64,000 bases of DNA from an uncultured bacterium. GTDB taxonomy: Bacteria > Babelota > Babeliae > Babelales > Babelaceae. Shown here piece by piece: positions 47,907 to 55,916 of this stretch. The notes beneath the pieces are model-generated. The model was not told the DNA's origin and made no database searches. It saw nothing but the letters and a program-made list of their open reading frames with translations. The DNA is taken from NCBI GenBank assembly GCA_963848965.1, contig CAWKFG010000004.1, positions 768,001 to 832,000 of the forward strand, in the 5' to 3' direction. The position numbers and the translations under genes are program-made. Each line of letters opens with the position of its first letter. Position 1 is the stretch's first letter.

Positions 47907-48890
47907 ATGCTTTTATTTTCTAAAAATCTTTTTTTTGCTTATCTACTAGCAATCATTTTCTCACCTTTACTTACCGCTACATTATATAGAATAACTAAAG
48001 TTATTAAACAAAATGGCCAAGTCATTTACTTTTTCTCTGATCACCATGAACTTGATAATACAAAGCGTAACGAAATCAATCAAAAACAGTTAGATAAATT
48101 CGTTGATATCATAGCAAAAGCAGAAGTATCTTCTGAAAAAGGTCTTTATATACTTATAGAATCTGGCTCTTGTCTTTATGTGCATCAACCTGGCGTTATA
48201 ATAACACTCATGAAGAAATGTAAAGAATTAAACTTGAAAAAGACAGTTATTGAAAACATTGACATAAGACAAAGGTCAAGAGCAGCTCATTTTCTAATGG
48301 CTAACTCCTTTAATATTGGATCGTTGGATTTTGAATCTTCTGAATTAATCACTAGTGCACATGAATCATATGGATGCCGTCTTGATAAATTCACTTCTAA
48401 AGAGATATTTGATGAATTTAATTCTCATATCATCACTCTTACCAATTATGCAAACACTTGTAATAATCCACTGCTTAAGGCTGAATTTGATGAAAAGATA
48501 GAAACTTGCCAAAAAAAAATATCCCAACTTAAACATATTTTAGAGAAAGAATTTGAATTTGATTTAAGAAAATACTTTTTAGAATCGTTATTACAGTGCA
48601 CTTCTCCTAAGGTTAATCTTAGAACTATAGAATATATATCTAAACTAATTTTAGAGATTGGTGTCCCCCTTATGGATCTTTATACAATTTTACGTATTCA
48701 TACCCTCGAAAATGTTCCTGAACTTATAGTCATCGCTGGAGGTACCCATATTGCAAATGTGATCTCAATGCTTGTTAAAAGCTCTATTACACTTGACGTA
48801 AAAAACATAAGCATACCGAAAAAATATTTTGTTGAAGCTCCTTTTGACTTGCTTACAGGCTCTTCAGTGAGTAAAGTACACCAAAAATAG
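47907..48890 (+). CDS. Secreted protein family Y, EreA/ChaN/TIKI-like motifs
   Basis: FSDHHE, ILIES, ENIDIR, MDLY, IVIAGGTHI. Confidence 0.65.
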   Translation: MLLFSKNLFFAYLLAIIFSPLLTATLYRITKVIKQNGQVIYFFSDHHELDNTKRNEINQKQLDKFVDIIAKAEVSSEKGLYILIESGSCLYVHQPGVIITLMKKCKELNLKKTVIENIDIRQRSRAAHFLMANSFNIGSLDFESSELITSAHESYGCRLDKFTSKEIFDEFNSHIITLTNYANTCNNPLLKAEFDEKIETCQKKISQLKHILEKEFEFDLRKYFLESLLQCTSPKVNLRTIEYISKLILEIGVPLMDLYTILRIHTLENVPELIVIAGGTHIANVISMLVKSSITLDVKNISIPKKYFVEAPFDLLTGSSVSKVHQK

Positions 48891-48937
48891 TTAATAATCT
48901 TTGCCCTCGTTCACAGCAAGCTTGAAACAGATTGAAA

Positions 48938-48961
48938 AAGGCCTAGTAAAAAATAGGCCTT
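48938..48961. terminator. aaggccta hairpin after family-X paralog 2
   Basis: aaggccta-gtaaaaaa-taggcctt. Confidence 0.6.
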
Positions 48962-48979
48962 AAAGCGTTCATAATGCTA

Positions 48980-49873
48980 TTAAATACGACAAGATTTATC
49001 CAAAGCTTCTTTTGATTCAGCAAATAAGTTACGCGCAATTGTCACGAATTTTGCCAATTCTTCTTGTACTGTGGCACCTGTAGATCTTAAAGTCCTATAA
49101 GCAGCACGAATAAGTTCTCCTAATTTCTTTTTACTAATTAATCCTGCCCCTTCACCATATTTTGCCGCTTCCCAACCAGAGCTTAAATCTTCAACAGCCA
49201 GGTCTACTGATATCTTATAATCTGGATTCATTGTACTTGGCTTAGGTGGAACTCCCAAAATATATTCTGGTCTGATGTCTTTTTTATCGTCAAAAACTTC
49301 CCCTGCACGAGTAAATATATCTCCAAGCCACTTACACCTTATAAGGGAGATAACGCGCGCAATATCAATAGTGTCCTTTTCATGAGTATCAACTTTATAA
49401 CTCAGATAAGCATATCCAGATATTGTAATCTCTACTCCTCCTACGCGAGAAATCTTGCTTTGTATTTCTGTAGCATAATCTTTTCCTGGTATCATACCTA
49501 AAGTTAATAATTTAGGATCTGCCAATTGCTTTACATCACCATGAGGACTCAGTTTAAGTGAAGTAATCATAGAAGGGCCACCAATCCAAATAACTTCTTG
49601 TGGGTAAACAACCCGTTGTAAAACAAGATCTTTAAGTTCTGGGACATTACCATACTGATAGGCTACACGTATAGCATCCGTCCTATTATTCTTTATAAAG
49701 AGTCTACCAGGTCGCTCTATGCGTCTAGGGGGTTCGTCTCCCCTTCTCGGTTCAACTACTCTTTCTTCAGCTATTGGCTCAGCTGCCCTTTTTTCTTCAG
49801 CAGGTGCCATACAATACAAGTTTTGACCTATACCCACAAGAAATAAACTTATAATAAATAGAAATTTCTTCAC
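48980..49873 (-). CDS. Secreted family X paralog 2
   Basis: Shared motifs; GTG start with GGAG RBS. Confidence 0.8.
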   Translation of the reverse strand: MKKFLFIISLFLVGIGQNLYCMAPAEEKRAAEPIAEERVVEPRRGDEPPRRIERPGRLFIKNNRTDAIRVAYQYGNVPELKDLVLQRVVYPQEVIWIGGPSMITSLKLSPHGDVKQLADPKLLTLGMIPGKDYATEIQSKISRVGGVEITISGYAYLSYKVDTHEKDTIDIARVISLIRCKWLGDIFTRAGEVFDDKKDIRPEYILGVPPKPSTMNPDYKISVDLAVEDLSSGWEAAKYGEGAGLISKKKLGELIRAAYRTLRSTGATVQEELAKFVTIARNLFAESKEALDKSCRI

Positions 49874-49932
49874 ATTCTCTCCTTATTTTAAGGAAGCGTT
49901 AATGTATACACAGTCAAATAAAAGACTGTAGA

Positions 49933-49954
49933 AAGGCCTAGTAACCTAGGCCTT
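49933..49954 (-). terminator. aaggcctag hairpin after family-X paralog 3
   Basis: aaggcctag-taac-ctaggcctt. Confidence 0.65.
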
Positions 49955-49961
49955 CAATATC

Positions 49962-50810
49962 TTATATACGTTTAGGAGGAGCAGCAGGAGCTTTAACTGG
50001 AATCTCACAAGCGGCTTTTGTAAATGATTCTTGTGATTCTTCGAATAATGTACGAGCACGTTTTTTAAAGTCAGCTATTCGTTGACCACCAAGTCTTAAA
50101 GCTGAATAAGCAAGCCCAATAAGTTCACCTAACTTCTTTTTATCAAGCAAGCCTGCGCCAGATTTGTAATTAGCATCAGCCCAAGCAGCTTGCAAATTGC
50201 TATGTGCTTCATCTACAGATGTTTCGTAGTCTTTTATTGCCTTTGTGCCACTCGTTGGTTTTGATGGAACTCCAAGGATATATTCTGGCTTTATATCTTG
50301 AGCCTTTTCAAACGCTATCTTTGCGCGTGTAAATATATCTCCAAGCCACTTACATCTTATAAGAGGAATCATAGATACGATATTATTAGAAGATGGATTT
50401 ACAGTAACATTATAGCGCATAGCTATAAACCCAGATATAGTCATTTCCACTCCCCCTTGACCAGAAATACTTCCTTTTACCTCTAGAGCATAATCTTTTC
50501 CTGGTATCATACCAAAAGTTAGTGTTTCTGGACTTGTATATTGCATTACTTCGCCATGAGCGCTTAATTTAAGTGTAGCAATTTGTTCAGGATTACCAAT
50601 CCAAATAACTTCTTCTGGATATACAACACGTTGCAGAGCAACTCCTCTAAAACCTTCACGATCATATCCATATGTCACGAGCACAGCATCTGATCTGTTA
50701 TTTCTGATAAAAAGCCTACTGCCTTCTCTAGGCTCAGCTGGTTCCATACTATACATAGTAAAGGCCGCACCAACAAAGAATAAACTTACGATAAATATGA
50801 ATTTATTCAT
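49962..50810 (-). CDS. Secreted family X paralog 3
   Basis: Shared motifs. Confidence 0.8.
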   Translation of the reverse strand: MNKFIFIVSLFFVGAAFTMYSMEPAEPREGSRLFIRNNRSDAVLVTYGYDREGFRGVALQRVVYPEEVIWIGNPEQIATLKLSAHGEVMQYTSPETLTFGMIPGKDYALEVKGSISGQGGVEMTISGFIAMRYNVTVNPSSNNIVSMIPLIRCKWLGDIFTRAKIAFEKAQDIKPEYILGVPSKPTSGTKAIKDYETSVDEAHSNLQAAWADANYKSGAGLLDKKKLGELIGLAYSALRLGGQRIADFKKRARTLFEESQESFTKAACEIPVKAPAAPPKRI

Positions 50811-50987
50811 ACTTTCTCCTTATTTAATGATATTTTATATTAATTATAATTATAAATATTTGAGTAAAAAAGAATCAATAATTTTCTTATAAATTACCCT
50901 CTTCTTTTACCTTTAAAGTTAATTTGGAGTCATATTTTAAGCATGTAGTTCTTATAAAATGTCAAATCTTTATAATTCAAATGTGCA

Positions 50988-51016
50988 TTGACATTTTTTT
51001 ATTTTCTTATTACTAT
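50988..51016 (+). promoter_or_regulatory. Conserved promoter of ankyrin paralog 3
   Basis: TTGACA-N17-TACTAT followed by ttacaaa as in the other two. Confidence 0.7.
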
Positions 51017-51093
51017 TTACAAAGTATAATTTTACTTTGATTAATATGTTTTCCTAAAACTTAAATACTATTCAAAACAACATTAAGGATGAT

Positions 51094-52491
51094 ATGATAA
51101 AAATTGCACTCTTTATAGGCCTCATAAATATCATAAGTTGTCCTTTCTTCCACGCAATGCAAAAAGAGGTTATCACCTCTAAGTCTACAACAAACAACAC
51201 TAGCAATCTCACAAAAAAAGAAATCGCCCTTCTAAAAGAAACCTCTAACATTACAATTAAAAACAATCTTCTCCTAAAAACTGCAGGCAAGGGAGACACA
51301 GAAGCTGTAGAATTAATTCTGAACTGTGGGGCAGATATTAATGCTCAAGGAAGCAATCATGAAACAGCTTTAATAATTGCTTCACACTTTGGATACATAA
51401 CACTTGTAGAGTTACTCCTAAACAAAGGAGCAGATGTTACTAAACAAGATGCTCTATTAGGTAATACAGCTTTATTAGATGCAGCAGAACGTGGCTACAA
51501 TAAAATAGTAAACTTATTGTTAAATGCAGGTGCTGATATAGATGCTAAAAACACTGCTCTTGAAAATACAGCGTTAATAAACGCAGCATGGAAAGGGCAT
51601 ACACAAGTAGTAAAGACACTTTTAGACAAGAAAGCCACTATCGATGCTAAAAATAAAAACGGCGATACCGCCTTTATGTGGGCAGCGTTAAATAACTATA
51701 CAGATATAATGTCTCTACTTTTAGAAAGAGGAGCAAACATTAATGCCAAAAACGAGTTTGGTCAAACTGCTCTCATGTGGGCAGCAGATCATAACAATTC
51801 AGAATTAATAACATTCCTTTTAAAAAACGGAGCAGATATTGATGCCAAAAATAACGAAGGTAAAACTGCCTTAGACCATGCTATTAATAGTAAAGAAGCT
51901 CGACGATTATTAGAAATTTGTGCATTACCTGAAATAAGAGAATATCTTAAAGATACAATCGCTTATAGTAAAAAGAGCAGAGGCCCCATTATCGGCAGAG
52001 GTAAACAATGGATTACGCCAACATGGCTTATGATCGCTTGCATTTTCGGTCATATTGAATTTATATGTTCATTTAAGCATGACTCTCTCGAGTATATTAA
52101 TGCAAAAGATTCTTATGGATGTACAGCCTTTGATTATGCTCTGCAATGCAACCCAAATAGTGTCGCTACCTTGATCAATATGTTTGGTACAAAAATTAAT
52201 CAATTAAGTTCACAACCAACTTCATTCGTTACCACTCTTATCTCTTACATTCCCTATCTTCGAACAAATAAAAAAGAAGAATTTCTTAATCTCGCTATAG
52301 AAAGAGGACATTTACCACTTGTTAATGCTCTTTTAAGCATAGGAGCACAACCTACTATAGAGCTTGCTCAAAAAGCTCGTGAAAATGGTTATCTAAAAAT
52401 AATGAATAGGCTTGTTTTTTCAGCTCTTGCTTCTTTACCCCAAAATAAAAAATGCCCTTACATTACTTCTTTGAGCCACTTGTTTAAATAG
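51094..52491 (+). CDS. Secreted ankyrin-repeat protein, family paralog 3
   Basis: Ankyrins plus shared C-terminal module (TWLMIACIFGH, GAQPTIELAQ, SLSHLFK). Confidence 0.92.
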   Translation: MIKIALFIGLINIISCPFFHAMQKEVITSKSTTNNTSNLTKKEIALLKETSNITIKNNLLLKTAGKGDTEAVELILNCGADINAQGSNHETALIIASHFGYITLVELLLNKGADVTKQDALLGNTALLDAAERGYNKIVNLLLNAGADIDAKNTALENTALINAAWKGHTQVVKTLLDKKATIDAKNKNGDTAFMWAALNNYTDIMSLLLERGANINAKNEFGQTALMWAADHNNSELITFLLKNGADIDAKNNEGKTALDHAINSKEARRLLEICALPEIREYLKDTIAYSKKSRGPIIGRGKQWITPTWLMIACIFGHIEFICSFKHDSLEYINAKDSYGCTAFDYALQCNPNSVATLINMFGTKINQLSSQPTSFVTTLISYIPYLRTNKKEEFLNLAIERGHLPLVNALLSIGAQPTIELAQKARENGYLKIMNRLVFSALASLPQNKKCPYITSLSHLFK

Positions 52492-52513
52492 CCCGAGCTT
52501 GAAAAATAATACG

Positions 52514-54064
52514 TTATAAAGTCCAGATATGGATCTCTTTTGAACCGAATGATACTACTTCATTAGAGATCTTTTCATCCCACGATTTAGCAGGATCTCT
52601 ATCAAAAAGAAGAAGATGCGCTTCATGAGCATTACACAAATCAACATATTCAGTAGTCTGCTCTAAGCCTTTTCGTAATGTATCTTCTCCTCGCTTAATC
52701 TTAAGTTCAAGTACGTATCTATACTTGCCTTTCCATATAACAAACAAGTCTACTCGTTTGGTACCAACAGCATACTCTCTATGTAGCTGACCTCCACCAT
52801 TGATGATACGTTGCAGAAATGCCATAAGAAGTAAGTGAGGAAATGATTCTTTATAATCAAGTTTTGTACTATATGCTTCTGCATTCTCTCTAAAAAATTG
52901 CGTAAATGCCTCAAGAAGTTTAACCATATTCAATTTACCATTAGCCTCTACATACCAAGAAGTTTGGTGAGGAATAATTTCTTGCAAAACATACGTAAGC
53001 GCTCGTGGAATAACTTGTTGATAAATAGGATTGGCTATATCCCAACTATTTTCCTTAACAAGTCCTAAGTCCCTTACATATTGAATGTCCTCAGGATTAA
53101 AAGAAAGAGGATCTGATCCACTTATAATAGCATCTATAATACCTCTCACTCGTGGTTCATTAAGCCTATCTACTAAAGCACTTATATGCGTATCTCGCCG
53201 TAATATAAGCGTTTCTTTAGACCGCTCAATAACCTCTTTGGTAATAGGTATACTTCTATCAGTAACATCTCTAAAACACGCTTGATAGGCAAGAGCATTT
53301 ACTAACCATGGTTGACCTTGTGTTAGATAGTAAGCATAGCAAAGTGCTTCTTCTGTAAATTCTTGACCAGTTTCTGCCGTATGCTGCAAATATAAGTCTC
53401 TTACTTGTTGCTCTGTAAAGTTTTTAAGCAATAACGAGTCTGCTACTATGTTAAAAGGACTTAAAAGGATTCCTTTTTCCTGCTCTGCAAGAGACTGTAG
53501 TTTATAATCTTCAAGATTACGTACTCCTATAAGACAAACAGATTGAGGAAAATGTTTTGGTCTAGTAGTGTAACCAGTACGAAGTTGCTTTAAAAGAAAT
53601 ATCAATGAAGTTTCAACTAATCCATCTACTTCATCAAAGAAAAGTATTAATGGTTTAGAACTAGTTTCTGCCCAAAACTCTAAAAATTGAGAGAAAGAAT
53701 CTTCTGGTATGGGAGTCTTTTCAAGAAGCTCTTGCGCAAAGATATGCGCCGCTTGCTCATAGGGTAGTTGTATCCGTATTTGCCTAGCAAATTGTGTTAA
53801 AAGCCAATAGACTGTTCTTTCAATATTATTCTTAGCTACATGCGCAGGTTCGGTAGTAAGATAAAGAGCTGTATACTTATTACCGCTATTAAGATGCCTT
53901 GCATATTCTAAAACAGCAGTAGTTTTACCACTCTGTCGTGGAGCATGGAGCAAAAAATAATATTTATTATCAAGAAACTGATCTAACTTATTCCAATTTA
54001 ACCGATGAGGTATAAAATAATGATCAGTAGGAATAATAGGACCTGCTATGCAAAATGTTTTCAT
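52514..54064 (-). CDS. AAA-like ATPase with C-terminal PD-(D/E)XK nuclease-like domain
   Basis: APRQSGKTT, LFFDEVD, REY..G..RVDL...VLELK. Confidence 0.88.
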   Translation of the reverse strand: MKTFCIAGPIIPTDHYFIPHRLNWNKLDQFLDNKYYFLLHAPRQSGKTTAVLEYARHLNSGNKYTALYLTTEPAHVAKNNIERTVYWLLTQFARQIRIQLPYEQAAHIFAQELLEKTPIPEDSFSQFLEFWAETSSKPLILFFDEVDGLVETSLIFLLKQLRTGYTTRPKHFPQSVCLIGVRNLEDYKLQSLAEQEKGILLSPFNIVADSLLLKNFTEQQVRDLYLQHTAETGQEFTEEALCYAYYLTQGQPWLVNALAYQACFRDVTDRSIPITKEVIERSKETLILRRDTHISALVDRLNEPRVRGIIDAIISGSDPLSFNPEDIQYVRDLGLVKENSWDIANPIYQQVIPRALTYVLQEIIPHQTSWYVEANGKLNMVKLLEAFTQFFRENAEAYSTKLDYKESFPHLLLMAFLQRIINGGGQLHREYAVGTKRVDLFVIWKGKYRYVLELKIKRGEDTLRKGLEQTTEYVDLCNAHEAHLLLFDRDPAKSWDEKISNEVVSFGSKEIHIWTL

Positions 54065-54287
54065 CGATTCTCATATATTAGAAAAATTTCGGGTTCATTA
54101 ATAAACATAGCATAAGATATTATATGTGTCTAAAAACCGCTTTTTAAGTATTATCCAGATTATAAGTTCACTAACAAATGTAACTATTTGGTATCAAAAA
54201 TATCAGAATAAGCCTTTGCACTATTCATATTCTTTTACTATATTGGCTATTAGATGTATAGGCAAAACTTATTCTGGAGAAATATTC

Positions 54288-54830
54288 ATGAAGTATATTA
54301 GAACTTTTTATCTTTTTATATGTTTACTATCTTTTACTTCGCACATATTTAGCATGGGACTCCTAAAGTTCTTCTTTACGTCAGATAGCATAATTGCAGG
54401 ATATGGAAGGAATTATGCAAGAGCTCAAATGATGGACAGGGTTGAAGAGAAGGTTGGATTTAGACCAGCCTTTAGTGAAAACGAATTACTACGAAATACA
54501 GCAACGTCTTTTTCTAAAGCATTTAGAGAAGAAGAGAAAAAAAGAGAACTTGAAGAATATACTCTTCTAAGAGAACGACAAAAAAACGAGTTATGTGCAA
54601 TAATTAGAGCACGTAAGGAAGATTGTACTATAATAGCTAGAAATATTGGATGGGAAAACAATACTAAAGCAGTTGAACGTATCAAGCAACACGTATTTCA
54701 TTCTCCTATAGAGCCAACATTATTAACTGTTGAAATATGGGAACGATTATATCACAATAACTTTCTTAATGCAGATCGTGAATGGATTGAGGAAAAATTT
54801 CTTGAATTAAGACTCGATGAAGAAACCTAA
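54288..54830 (+). CDS. Secreted protein carrying a degenerate copy of the neighbouring toxin-tip domain
   Basis: GGAGA RBS before ATG 54288; signal peptide; IARNIG...ERIKQHVF...WERL. Confidence 0.7.
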   Translation: MKYIRTFYLFICLLSFTSHIFSMGLLKFFFTSDSIIAGYGRNYARAQMMDRVEEKVGFRPAFSENELLRNTATSFSKAFREEEKKRELEEYTLLRERQKNELCAIIRARKEDCTIIARNIGWENNTKAVERIKQHVFHSPIEPTLLTVEIWERLYHNNFLNADREWIEEKFLELRLDEET

Positions 54831-55156
54831 CTTCCAAGATAGTAACTTCCATGTAGGTAATTTCGTAGCCCATCACGTAAGTATGCAAAAAATTTATTAA
54901 GAAGCTGATTCACAGATTCTTGCATTACTTCTTTTCCTAATGGTGCTAGAAAGCATATCACCTGGACAATTTTTATTTTATATTTAGACTTCAGCTCAGC
55001 CTTTATTTGCTCTATTATTAATTTTCTTTGGTTAAGAATGTGTGCGGGGACCTCTTCCTCTTCTATTAACCTATACGCTTGCATTTTACAAGACAACAAA
55101 CACGAAAAAACAAAAGCTATAAACGTAATAATCTTATAATCAATTCTCATATGCAA
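54827..55156 (-). CDS. Hypothetical protein with signal peptide (possibly truncated)
   Basis: 109-aa ORF with AGAGG RBS. Confidence 0.5.
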   Translation of the reverse strand: MHMRIDYKIITFIAFVFSCLLSCKMQAYRLIEEEEVPAHILNQRKLIIEQIKAELKSKYKIKIVQVICFLAPLGKEVMQESVNQLLNKFFAYLRDGLRNYLHGSYYLGS

Positions 55157-55204
55157 GTCCTCTTAAAGCAAGTTTTAATTGTTAAAAATTTATAAGTAAA
55201 ATGA

Positions 55205-55510
55205 TTAAGAAGCAATACCTGTTTTCTCAGGAAATGGTTGGTTGCTTTTTAGAATTTGAAGCAGTCGACCCCCTACCAGGTACATATAATAGGGATTTTC
55301 TAGAAAATATTTATCAGTTCGCTCTTCATCTACAATAAACTCTTGGTTCTTTTTATTTAATGAAGCATAACCATAAACTTTTTTTAACCTATACCTTATT
55401 TGGCCCTCTCGATGCATATATGGCTCTACTTCTATATTCATGAAAAACATATAGCTTACTGTTTCTAAGTCTTCTTCCATTTTTTGCATTCCTATATTTA
55501 TAGCCATCAT
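55205..55510 (-). CDS. Putative immunity protein 2
   Basis: Paralog of 55611-55913 (K.EED.ETV.Y.F..NI, G..S.NK...EF, TD.YFL, FPE...IAS). Confidence 0.65.
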   Translation of the reverse strand: MMAINIGMQKMEEDLETVSYMFFMNIEVEPYMHREGQIRYRLKKVYGYASLNKKNQEFIVDEERTDKYFLENPYYMYLVGGRLLQILKSNQPFPEKTGIAS

Positions 55511-55610
55511 ACTCCTAAATACTTAGAGCCTTTCAAGGATAAATTTTTCTTATAGCATCATGAGAAATACTACATAAAGTACCTTACTTAAAGAAGCTTA
55601 ATTTATAAGC

Positions 55611-55913
55611 CTAGCCAGAAGCTATTTCATAAAGCTCTGGATATTTATTTTGCTCTTTAAATCGAAGAAGTAAAGCATGAATTTCTTCAGCTTCTCTGTT
55701 ACGTTTGCTTAAAAAATAGAGATCTGTTTTTTTAGTATCAAGCACAAATTCTCCCGTGATCTTGTTAAAGCTACTTATTCCCCATACAGTCTTAAGAATT
55801 TGTTTAGGATGACCTCTTTGATCAATTTCTTGTAAAGATTCCCATATATTTGTTTCAAATTTATACAAAACAGTTTCTGCATCTTCATTTAACTTATGTA
55901 ATAATACGAACAT
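55611..55913 (-). CDS. Putative immunity protein 1
   Basis: 100-aa cytoplasmic ORF starting 3 nt after the toxin-like gene. Confidence 0.7.
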   Translation of the reverse strand: MFVLLHKLNEDAETVLYKFETNIWESLQEIDQRGHPKQILKTVWGISSFNKITGEFVLDTKKTDLYFLSKRNREAEEIHALLLRFKEQNKYPELYEIASG

Positions 55914-55916
55914 TTT

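Noticed and set aside
43650..49954. aaggcctag palindromes as REP or CRISPR repeats
   Set aside because: Only three copies, each just after a family-X stop codon, so best explained as co-duplicated terminators.
52514..54064. ATPase-nuclease as a novel defence system
   Set aside because: Stand-alone member of a widespread family with no partner genes here.
54126..54287. N-terminal extension of the track ORF at 54126
   Set aside because: The RBS and signal peptide begin at ATG 54288.
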